64,000 nucleotides of DNA from a virus. Lineage: Duplodnaviria > Caudoviricetes. Positions 29,249 through 38,360 of this stretch are shown piece by piece. A program made the translations under genes and the position numbers. Numbering within the stretch: the stretch's first letter is position 1; every line of letters begins with the position of its first letter. Below the pieces are notes generated by a model, which saw only the letters and a list, made by a program, of their open reading frames with translations, did not search any database and was not told where the DNA came from. The stretch lies in IMG/VR virus record IMGVR_UViG_3300030055_000003, one strand, 5' to 3'.

Positions 29249-29368
29249 ATGCTTAGTGCTACGAACACTAAGTTTTATTCATTGGTACTTGAATACTATC
29301 ATAGCTATTGGATGATTTGTTTCTTAAAAGAGTGTTTGTTATGTCTAAATCATTAAGCACTCTTTTTG
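29249..29368 (+). ncRNA. candidate small RNA (or leaderless 35-aa peptide)
   Basis: TTGACT(29216)-17-TATAAT(29239); 5' hairpin CTTAGTG-ctacgaa-CACTAAG; terminator AAAAGAGTG..CACTCTTTTT. Confidence 0.5.
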
Positions 29369-29448
29369 TGTTTCTTTCACAATCTAATATGTAATTTTAT
29401 TGTAACTTTTGTTTTTGTAAGTAAGTCCCTAATATTTTACAATTCAAA

Positions 29449-30246
29449 TTATATTCTTTCATTATCATATTCTTCCAATTCTTGTACTGTTTTAATTGCC
29501 TGTTTTATATCTATATCTTTTGGTTGTTTTACAAAGAATAATCTTTGCATTAACATTCCTATTACATATAATGGATATGTTATACAATACAAAATCTTAC
29601 TATCACTTGAACTAATTTCATAAACTAATGAAGTCATTATAAAATATCTAATCATATAATCATCAATAAGAAATTTTAACAGTAATAATATAATTATTTG
29701 CATTCCATAAAAATTACTGCCACATCTACTATGCACTACACTAGATTTTTTAATTTTATTTATATCATTTATACTAATTTTATGAAACTTATTATAATAA
29801 TTACTTATCATATGTTCTGCTCCATGAAGTTCTGCAATATTTTTATCAAACAATACTGAAAACCCGTGAATTAACATAAATAAAATATATACATAATCCA
29901 TTAGAGATATTCTAAAAATAATATTATCTAAAAGATATAAAAACAAAGCCATAATATCAAATATATTTATTGTTATTTTTCTCTTTTTCTTATCACCTTT
30001 ACTTACCTTTTGCATAAAGAAAATATAAATTCCTCTTATAAATGGTATTTGTGTATATTTATTATTTTCAGTCATTTTATTAGAAGTAACTTTTATTTCT
30101 AATTCATTATCTTTAAATATAGATTCTGCTTTATAATGGTCTGAATATAAAATTAGTTTCTTACCATCCGCTTCTCCACCCAAAATGTCCATTTTTACCA
30201 CCTTATTTTTAATAATATTATTTGTATTCTTTGGCAATTTCTTCAA
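29449..30246 (-). CDS. DUF1385-like (YqhQ-like) membrane protein
   Basis: GGEA, PFIRGIY, HGAEHMI, HSRCGSNF; several TM helices. Confidence 0.75.
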   Translation of the reverse strand: MKKLPKNTNNIIKNKVVKMDILGGEADGKKLILYSDHYKAESIFKDNELEIKVTSNKMTENNKYTQIPFIRGIYIFFMQKVSKGDKKKRKITINIFDIMALFLYLLDNIIFRISLMDYVYILFMLIHGFSVLFDKNIAELHGAEHMISNYYNKFHKISINDINKIKKSSVVHSRCGSNFYGMQIIILLLLKFLIDDYMIRYFIMTSLVYEISSSDSKILYCITYPLYVIGMLMQRLFFVKQPKDIDIKQAIKTVQELEEYDNERI

Positions 30247-30391
30247 TTGAAAATCACTCCTTAATTATAATATTATATATCATTATTGAATATTTCTCTA
30301 TATATTTAATATTTATTTATAATTTTTATCCATACTTTCCTTTGATTAATTTATTAAATTTCAAAATAAAAATACTAATTTTAACAATTCA

Positions 30392-30574
30392 TTATTTGAT
30401 ATATTTTCTATACTCTTTATAAAAGTCTTTACCTTTTTCTTTTAATATATCTTCTAAGGCTCTTTGTTGATCTGTTCCAATCATCATATGTAAACTACAA
30501 GTAAAATATACTTGTCTGCATTGTCCACTAAAATTACCTCCACATCTTAAATTATTGCAATTATGAGTAATCAT
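30392..30574 (-). CDS. small Cys-rich hypothetical protein
   Basis: CNNLRC..QC...C. Confidence 0.6.
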   Translation of the reverse strand: MITHNCNNLRCGGNFSGQCRQVYFTCSLHMMIGTDQQRALEDILKEKGKDFYKEYRKYIK

Positions 30575-30598
30575 TTTTCACCTTCTTTTTATATTATT

Positions 30599-31258
30599 CT
30601 AAATTCCTAGTAACATATTAGATTTTTTATACAAATCCATTAGTTTATTATATAACTCATCTCCATATTGAGTTTTAATAATACCATTTTGAACAACTTT
30701 ATAAAATAATTTTGGATGAACCGCTCCACAACTTTCAAAACAATCATCGTCTTTATATTCTTCCCATTTCTTAGAATCAATACGTTTTATATGTCCTTGT
30801 TTAACTTTGTATCGTCCACAATCAAAAGGTGTAATACATTCTAATATAATTGTATTGAATCCAGTTCCTTCAATTAATTTATTTAATCTGACTTCTTTTA
30901 ATAATTCTTTTTCAATTATTTCTATTTCAGCTTCGACACTTTCAAAAGTTTCAGTAATTTCTATTGATTCTATAGTTTCTTTTTTAACTTCTTCAACTAA
31001 TTTAGATACTGGAACTATTCTATCTTTTTTAATTTTCTTCTCAGCAACTTCTGTTTTATGTGTACAAATTGATTCATATTCAAGAGTAACTAATATATAT
31101 GATTTACTTATATCTTCAATTTTAACTATCTTTTCTGAATATCCAAAAGAACAAGCTAATATATCACCAACAATTAACTTTTCTGCTTTTATTCCATCTG
31201 CATAACCTACACCAGTTAATTTTACTTTTCCATCAAATTCTCTTTTCATATAAATCAA
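30599..31258 (-). CDS. hypothetical protein
   Basis: ORF track; AAAGGAG RBS. Confidence 0.7.
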   Translation of the reverse strand: MIYMKREFDGKVKLTGVGYADGIKAEKLIVGDILACSFGYSEKIVKIEDISKSYILVTLEYESICTHKTEVAEKKIKKDRIVPVSKLVEEVKKETIESIEITETFESVEAEIEIIEKELLKEVRLNKLIEGTGFNTIILECITPFDCGRYKVKQGHIKRIDSKKWEEYKDDDCFESCGAVHPKLFYKVVQNGIIKTQYGDELYNKLMDLYKKSNMLLGI

Positions 31259-31366
31259 TCTCCTTTATTCTTTTTAATTTGTTTTACTTCTTATATATAG
31301 TATACCAAGTAATTTATGATATTGCAATATATATTTTAAATAAATTAATATAATAATAAAATATAT

Positions 31367-31903
31367 TTATCTCTCAGCAAGTGGAATCGGTCTAACTTCT
31401 AATAGTTTACCATCTTGAATAATAACCTTGCATTTTTCACCTACATTCCAGCCGTCAGAACCTTCTTCATTTTCAAACGTGTATTTATTACCATTCACAT
31501 CTAAAGTCGCTATATTGCCCTGTATTGAGTCTATAGTGGTATTATATATAGTCGGTTGATTATCAACTACACAATCTACTATTTTATTATTATTATTGTT
31601 AAAAGTAATGTTAATAGCTTCATTCAAGTAATATTCTCTTGGCTCGTCTACATAAAACTTATATAAATGGCTATCTTTTTCAATTGTAACAGAATTATCT
31701 AAATAATCTAAGGATTGAATATTTACATCACTATTAATATACGTTGTCTTATCTTTATATACTGTTACTACATCGCCTTTAGAGTTAGTATAATGATTTA
31801 ATATACTTGAATCGTTTGTATCTGCCATAGTTGGTATAACTGTCATTATTGTGATTACTCCTGTTATTACTGCACTTTTAATTAATCCTCTTATTGTTCT
31901 CAT
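31367..31903 (-). CDS. putative secreted protein (true start MRTIRG at 31903)
   Basis: GAAAGGAAG RBS before ATG 31903; signal-peptide-like MRTIRGLIKSAVITGVITIMTVIPTMA. Confidence 0.65.
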   Translation of the reverse strand: MRTIRGLIKSAVITGVITIMTVIPTMADTNDSSILNHYTNSKGDVVTVYKDKTTYINSDVNIQSLDYLDNSVTIEKDSHLYKFYVDEPREYYLNEAINITFNNNNNKIVDCVVDNQPTIYNTTIDSIQGNIATLDVNGNKYTFENEEGSDGWNVGEKCKVIIQDGKLLEVRPIPLAER

Positions 31904-32185
31904 ATTATTACTTCCTTTCAAATTTGTTTTATTTTGGTTTTGTTGTTCTTGTATTACGGTCAAAGATTCTATTTGTAATTGTGATTGCATTTTATACATT
32001 GCTAAGTCAAAATTTTTACGTTCTGAAACTTCTCTTGATATTTTTCTAAATGTATTTTCTGCTTCTGTCTCTTCATCAGTTCCTAATTCAGCTCTGAAAA
32101 AATTGTTTCTAGCTTCTTGATATTGTATAGATTATTCATCATTAGTTAATGTTGAATAATCTATATTTGTATTTATATTTTCCAT
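31904..32185 (-). pseudogene. ORF with in-frame TAA at codon 18 (32132-32134) that runs in frame into the secreted-protein gene
   Basis: GGAG RBS, MENINTNIDYSTLTNDE*SIQYQEARNNFFRAELG... Confidence 0.6.
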
Positions 32186-32641
32186 AATTAATCAAACTCC
32201 TTCATTCTATATTATTTTATTATTATTTAGCACTATTTCTTTTTAAGTTGCTCCGCTAATTTGCTATTTTTATCTAGTAATCTATTTGTTATATCCTCAA
32301 AACTTACTTCACTTGCTTTTTTCTTTTTGCTGAATATTGATTTAAACATAAGATACAACTCCTTTTAAGTCTTAAAGACTTTCTATTTACTATTAATTTG
32401 TTTTATGTAAGTTACAACTTTAAACTATTTAAATTTTATACTCTTACTATCCTACCATGTATTCTAGCAGTTAGATTCAAAAGACTTTGTTAAGTTGTAA
32501 CTCTTAACTGGTATAATTTATTATAACATAGATTTTTATGGTATGTCAACAAATTAATATAAAGAAATATCAATTTTACCATTTATTTTTTAGGTTGTTA
32601 GTATGTAAATAATAGTTAAATACTAACAACCGTTATTTAAT

Positions 32642-34486
32642 TTAGAATATTGGTCTATAAGTATTTATTACTGGTAGAATATTATTTTTTTCAAAGTATG
32701 TCAATATATCTTCTAATGCTTTTTCGTCATAGCTTCCAAACTTTGTTATACTTCCACCGTCTGTAGCTTCAAATAATACAGCTTGTGGTAACTCAAACCA
32801 ACCTTTATATATTAATAGTTTGGTATTTTCTAAATTAGTTCCATATAGTTTATTTTTACTTTCATATATAACTTTTATATTATCAGTATATTGTGCATAT
32901 TCTTCCTGTTTCCATTCCTTAAATGTTATATGAGTTGCTGAAGCTCCTCCTATCATTGATGGTCTAATTATTGTTAGCTTTTCGCCTTCTTGTATATCTA
33001 CATTTATAAATTGTTCTTGAGTTGGTTCGCACTCTCTTATTAATCTATACATTGAAGTTTTAATATATTCATTATCCTTAATTTGTTGAATAATATCTTT
33101 ATTAAGTTTTATTTTATTATCTCTTATTGATTGAGAAATTTCTTTTCTGAATACATTCCAGTTATCAGTTAAATAAATTTTTTCTTTTTCAATATTATTA
33201 TTTTCTATTACTACATTATTTAATTCAATAACCTTCTCAGCTACTTCTGTACGCTCTTGAACTTCTTCAGGTGTTAATAGTTGCTTATACTCAACTTTCT
33301 TTGTAATAGTTGTATTCTCGTCTATTAATCCAACATATCTAGCATATGAATAGCCTTGAGCATCAATTACAAATTGTATTTTATCATTTAAATATACTGC
33401 TATTCCTTGTGAATTAAATTTTACTGTTTTTCTTTCTAACTCTGTCATATTATCATAGTCAGTCATAGAATTGATTCTGTTATCGTCTGTATAACTTCCA
33501 CTTGTTCCAGTAATAAATTCAAAGTCAACTAATAATAAGTTATTAAAGTTTTCTAATGATTCAGCATTGTTAAAATGTACTTCTCTTGTTATTTTAACAG
33601 TTTGGTTATAACAAGCCCCTTTTAAAACTTCTTCTTCATATTGTGATAGTGTACAATTTTTATTTAAATTTGCAAATTTTGAGTTAATAACGAAATATTG
33701 TTTTTCTTCTTCAATTTCTACAACTTCAATATTATTATTAACATTTTTAATTTCTTTCTTTTCTTCTTCTTGTCTGATTAAATATTGTTTGTGTTCTTCA
33801 TCTCTTTGTGCTTGGGAAACTTCAAAATCTGCTTTTTCTTTAGCTTTGTCAATTTCAAATTGTTCAACTTTTTTCACGTCAAAATCTTTCATAGCTTCAA
33901 TAATTGTTTCATTTGCTTCTGTTTGTGTATAGTCCAATAAATCAGCACCAAAGAAATATAAATTATAACTTGAACCGTAATCACCATAAGGATCATCAGA
34001 AGTGCAAAAATTATGACTTTCAACAACTTTTTTACAATACTCTTGAATAGCTTTTATATAAATACTTTCTTTTTCAAATGGTGCTGATTTTATATCAATA
34101 CTTATTCTATCACTATAAGGATTTGTTATAGAAAATTTAACAAATGAAAATCTAGCTTTTAATTCTGCTCTTATTGATTTAGTTATTTCTTTTACATTAT
34201 AACTCTTTTCTCTTTTAACTTCTGTATAAGTTGTTAAGCTCCATAAATCAATTTTATTTGTTTTATTTTGTTTAACTGTTTTAACTTCTTCTGTATGTAT
34301 TTCACTATCTGAATATTTTTGAGCTTCTGCAATTGTTTCTATTGATTGTTTAGCATACCAACATTTCTTAATTTTATTCCATCTGAATTTTAAATCTTTT
34401 AAACTATCTATAACTGTTTGTACTGGCTTTCCTTCAAAATACATTTCTACACCGTTTAATTCACTATTTAATACTACTTTACACAT
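32642..34486 (-). CDS. large protein with polyvalent-protein-associated (LPD29-like) domain
   Basis: NGVEMYFEGKP..FRWNKIKKCWYAK; KEITKSIRAELKARF..KFSI..Y..ISI. Confidence 0.5.
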   Translation of the reverse strand: MCKVVLNSELNGVEMYFEGKPVQTVIDSLKDLKFRWNKIKKCWYAKQSIETIAEAQKYSDSEIHTEEVKTVKQNKTNKIDLWSLTTYTEVKREKSYNVKEITKSIRAELKARFSFVKFSITNPYSDRISIDIKSAPFEKESIYIKAIQEYCKKVVESHNFCTSDDPYGDYGSSYNLYFFGADLLDYTQTEANETIIEAMKDFDVKKVEQFEIDKAKEKADFEVSQAQRDEEHKQYLIRQEEEKKEIKNVNNNIEVVEIEEEKQYFVINSKFANLNKNCTLSQYEEEVLKGACYNQTVKITREVHFNNAESLENFNNLLLVDFEFITGTSGSYTDDNRINSMTDYDNMTELERKTVKFNSQGIAVYLNDKIQFVIDAQGYSYARYVGLIDENTTITKKVEYKQLLTPEEVQERTEVAEKVIELNNVVIENNNIEKEKIYLTDNWNVFRKEISQSIRDNKIKLNKDIIQQIKDNEYIKTSMYRLIRECEPTQEQFINVDIQEGEKLTIIRPSMIGGASATHITFKEWKQEEYAQYTDNIKVIYESKNKLYGTNLENTKLLIYKGWFELPQAVLFEATDGGSITKFGSYDEKALEDILTYFEKNNILPVINTYRPIF

Positions 34487-34542
34487 TTTACATTACCTCG
34501 CTTCATTTATTTAATTTGTTTACTTGTTCTCTATGTATCTAT

Positions 34543-34560
34543 TATAAGTCATGACTTATA
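34543..34560. promoter_or_regulatory. 18-bp perfect palindromic operator in promoter spacer
   Basis: TATAAGTCATGACTTATA between TTGACA and TATAAT (minus strand). Confidence 0.7.
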
Positions 34561-34617
34561 TATCTGTCAATAACTTTTTAATAAATTAATAGGATTATTT
34601 AATATATTTTTTATTAC

Positions 34618-34815
34618 TTAAAGATTATTATATTTACTTGCTTTGACTTCTTTTATTAATTTCTCGATATCTTCTATATCTTCAAACGTTGCTTTATTCT
34701 TAATAAAACTTTTACATGATGATTTACTTTTAGTATAAGTAACTTTATCTTTGTTCTTGTCTTCCCATGTCTTAACAGCTTGTAATTGTGCCTTAGATGT
34801 TTTTATACCTTCCAT
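34618..34815 (-). CDS. small basic putative DNA-binding protein
   Basis: SKAQLQAVKTWEDKNKDK..Y..SKSSCKSFIKNKATFEDIEDIEKLI; own TTTACA-17-TATAAT promoter. Confidence 0.55.
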   Translation of the reverse strand: MEGIKTSKAQLQAVKTWEDKNKDKVTYTKSKSSCKSFIKNKATFEDIEDIEKLIKEVKASKYNNL

Positions 34816-34927
34816 TGTTTAACCCTCCTTAAACGTTCTTATATAGCTTCTATATGCTGAATATAATTATAATGGTATTGAGTATTATTGTAAATAAAAA
34901 GAGCTTTTCAGCCCCTATTATTATTTA

Positions 34928-35512
34928 TTAATACAATTTATATTCAACCGCTTTATTAATGTTATTTATCAATGATACATAACCCTCATTTTTTACATAC
35001 TCTTTTAATGTATTTACATTGTATTTTACTAGCAATGATTTAATATAGCTTATATAGTTTTCATTGATTCCAGCTTCATAACCTTTGATATTGTTATTGA
35101 TTAAATAATCGGCTGTAACATCAATGAAACAATCAAAATTATCATTAACATTAAATTCTTCTTTAAAATCATGATAATATACTAATGTTTTATCATCCTT
35201 TAAATCATTATATGTCCATCTATGAAGTAATGAATGAGTAATTGTTTTAGTATCTTTTATAACTTCTTTCCTGTGTATTTCTTTAAAATCACCTTTAAAT
35301 ATAAAACACTTTTCTATTGATATTATTATTTCGTCAACTCTTTTTACTCTTGGTCTTTGTATGTAGATATATAAACAGTTTTCATATTGTGCCCATTTAT
35401 CAAAATGATATCCTTTTAAGATGCCACATATTCTAAGTGGAACTAATTCATCTGTTTTTAATACTGTATATTTTTCACCTATTATTAAATTTAATTCTTT
35501 TACATTTTTCAT
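34928..35512 (-). CDS. hypothetical protein
   Basis: ORF track; AAGGAG RBS. Confidence 0.7.
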   Translation of the reverse strand: MKNVKELNLIIGEKYTVLKTDELVPLRICGILKGYHFDKWAQYENCLYIYIQRPRVKRVDEIIISIEKCFIFKGDFKEIHRKEVIKDTKTITHSLLHRWTYNDLKDDKTLVYYHDFKEEFNVNDNFDCFIDVTADYLINNNIKGYEAGINENYISYIKSLLVKYNVNTLKEYVKNEGYVSLINNINKAVEYKLY

Positions 35513-35740
35513 TTTAATCGACTCCTTTAATTTTATTAATCTATTATGTATGTAAGTTACTAAAGTTTATTTAACATATAACCATGAGAATATTTTAGCT
35601 TTAGCAACTTGGTCTTTTAACATCTTTTGTAATTCCTCAGACTTAACTTCCTTAACTGTTCTGTCCGTGTATACCACTACTGCCATTTAAATCAACCGCC
35701 CTTTTATTTATTATTAATTTGTTTTACTTGTTATATTTAG

Positions 35741-35756
35741 TATAAGTCATGACTTA
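35741..35756. promoter_or_regulatory. second copy of the AAGTCATGACTT palindromic operator
   Basis: TATAAGTCATGACTTA between TTGACT and TATACT (minus strand). Confidence 0.7.
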
Positions 35757-35849
35757 GATTTAGTCAAGCGTTTTTCTAAATAAATTAAAAGAAATAGTAA
35801 ATATATTTTAAATCATAAAAAGAACCCTATTTCTAGAGTCCTTAATTTA

Positions 35850-36671
35850 TTATATTACATTGCTATACCAATTAGTTAAAAATGTTTTTAGTTGCTTTTC
35901 ATCCTTCACACCTGACATAATTAAATTACACATAAAATCTTCTGCTTTGGATATATGGTTAAGTTCTGTTGACATATCTTTATCTTTTAAATAATCTCTA
36001 AGGTTGTCCTTTTCTTCTGCTCCAATTAAAATTTTATATGGTTTACAATCCAATCCAAACAATACATTATAGACTATATTCGTAAACCCTCCATAGTATC
36101 TATCGCTTTCATATGGTGCTGGATTAATATACTTCTTAATAGTATCTGTTAATGACTTTCTAATGTTTATACCATGCTTTCTTAATATATACGCCTCGGT
36201 TCTTTCCTTTACTGCAATTTCAATTTCTGATGCTGACATATTCTCCATGTTAGTTATGTATATACCATATTCTCTTAAACAAGGTAATACAACTGTAGCC
36301 AACCATTCTCTGAATTTCTTTCCTTGTTCTCCATCAACTCTAAAACTCCACAAGTACAATTCAGATTCAGAAATAGTCATTTGTTTTAATTTATTTCTTA
36401 TCTCTTTTTTGGTGTCATTATCAAGTTTTTTAAAATCCCCACTATTGGGGATTCTGTCTATACCTACTAAATCACTATAAACTCTTTCCCATCTTATTGT
36501 TATAGAATCACCATTTTGTGTATTTTTAGTTTGTGTAATTCCTAAAGACTTTGCACAATCTTCAACATATAATTGCAGTTTCTTATCTTCTGTGACCTCA
36601 TATTTAATAGGTATATTACAGTATGTAAATTCATCTGAAAACCCTATTTGTGATATTTTTTCATTTTTCAT
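35850..36671 (-). CDS. BRO-N-like antirepressor-type protein
   Basis: LYVEDCAKSLG..ISESELYLWSFRVDGEQGKKFREWLATVVLPCLREYGIY. Confidence 0.75.
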   Translation of the reverse strand: MKNEKISQIGFSDEFTYCNIPIKYEVTEDKKLQLYVEDCAKSLGITQTKNTQNGDSITIRWERVYSDLVGIDRIPNSGDFKKLDNDTKKEIRNKLKQMTISESELYLWSFRVDGEQGKKFREWLATVVLPCLREYGIYITNMENMSASEIEIAVKERTEAYILRKHGINIRKSLTDTIKKYINPAPYESDRYYGGFTNIVYNVLFGLDCKPYKILIGAEEKDNLRDYLKDKDMSTELNHISKAEDFMCNLIMSGVKDEKQLKTFLTNWYSNVI

Positions 36672-37040
36672 TTTAAATCCTTCTTTCTTCTATTAATTTG
36701 TTTCACAACCTTATATTATCACATAGCTTGTACTATTTCAAGAAAAAGTTAATAAATTAATAGAAATATTAATTAATTTTCACCTTAAAAGAGTTGTTTT
36801 AAGTGGTATTGATTGTTATTGTCAATTATATTTAGATTATAAAAAAGAACTCTAATTTATAGAGTTCTACAATTATATTATTCTCCAAATTCATTTTCTA
36901 AATTCTTAAGAGTTTGTTCCATTGATTTTCTCATAGTTTTAAATTCATTCTTTTGATATTGTTCTTTACTTGTTTGTTCTAATCTCTCATACTCTTCTAT
37001 ACAGTTTCTTAATGCTAATATACAATTGTCTGCATCTGCT

Positions 37041-37529
37041 TTACACATCCTCTGTCACCTCCTTGTCATCTGTTAAAATTATTTCTATATGCCCTATTGA
37101 TCCATATACAGGTTGTGTATTAATCTTATATCTTTTTAATAAACAATCACTAACTCTATGCCAACTAAAAATTTCTTTACTAAATTCATTATTAAGTAAA
37201 TATAATGAGAATGAAAATGTCCCTTCTCCTATACTCCATCCTTTACAAGCTATTTTATTTATAAAAGGAAAAGTCTTTTCGCCAGTATCATTATATAATT
37301 TTAACGTTAGTTTTATTGAATTATGAGTTATATTGCACTTTTTACGATTATATTTGCAATCATGATATAATTGTCTGAATATTTCTGATTCTTCTTTAGA
37401 TAAAGTATCAATATAGTTATCAATCAATTCATGATCTTTATTTGTAACACTATCTGTATATAATCTTTGTATGTCTATCTTTAAATATATCTTGAATAAC
37501 TCTAAATCATTAATATTAATATTAACCAC
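37041..37529 (-). CDS. hypothetical protein
   Basis: ORF track; GAGGTG RBS. Confidence 0.65.
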   Translation of the reverse strand: MVNININDLELFKIYLKIDIQRLYTDSVTNKDHELIDNYIDTLSKEESEIFRQLYHDCKYNRKKCNITHNSIKLTLKLYNDTGEKTFPFINKIACKGWSIGEGTFSFSLYLLNNEFSKEIFSWHRVSDCLLKRYKINTQPVYGSIGHIEIILTDDKEVTEDV

Positions 37530-37577
37530 CTCATTTCTTGATTATATTATAATAAGGTGGAATAATCCACCTTGTAA

Positions 37578-38147
37578 TTATGCTAATGTTTCAATTACTA
37601 AGTTTAATAATTCAATTTGTTTTGCATTTAATATATTTTGATTTTGTATTAAACTTTCAACTATTTGATTATTTTCAATTTTTAATACTGCTACCATTCC
37701 GTTATCTTCAAAGTTGTTAAATTCTTTATTAAATTTACTTCCTTCTTGTTTATAGCTTTCAAATCTATCTATACTATAGCTGTTGAATTGTTTGTTATCC
37801 CAAACTATTAAAGTTAAGTTATTGTTATCTTTTAATTCTGCATTTAACCTCTTTAATACTAATTCGTTTCCTGAAGCTCTTTTCTTGCCGTTATCTAATG
37901 TTATTTTACTATTCTTATTTACCCAATCCCATAATCCATTATTTTGAATAGTGATATATGAAACATATAATTTATTATCTATATTTTGAACTAATGATTT
38001 TGGAATCCATTTAATATTGTCTTGCATTGATCCATATACTGTTATTTTACTATTATATCCATTATCTAATCCATAAGCTTTTTCAGTTTCTTGTATTATG
38101 TAGTCTTTTACCAATTCCATACATGTTATTTTCATATTAACAACCAC
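37578..38147 (-). CDS. hypothetical protein
   Basis: ORF track. Confidence 0.7.
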   Translation of the reverse strand: MVVNMKITCMELVKDYIIQETEKAYGLDNGYNSKITVYGSMQDNIKWIPKSLVQNIDNKLYVSYITIQNNGLWDWVNKNSKITLDNGKKRASGNELVLKRLNAELKDNNNLTLIVWDNKQFNSYSIDRFESYKQEGSKFNKEFNNFEDNGMVAVLKIENNQIVESLIQNQNILNAKQIELLNLVIETLA

Positions 38148-38360
38148 CTTTATATATTAATTTGTTTCGTTATGTATTAACTACCTTCTATACTTATTAT
38201 TATACTCTTATTCTATCCTAAGTCAAGAACTTTTAAATAAATTAATATAATAATATTCTGTTAAAAGGTGGTTTTTATATGGTTATTTTTTACATTTAAA
38301 TATAGGTACATTAGTTCCAATTATAAAGAAAAGGATATATTTCTATATCCTCAATTCCTT

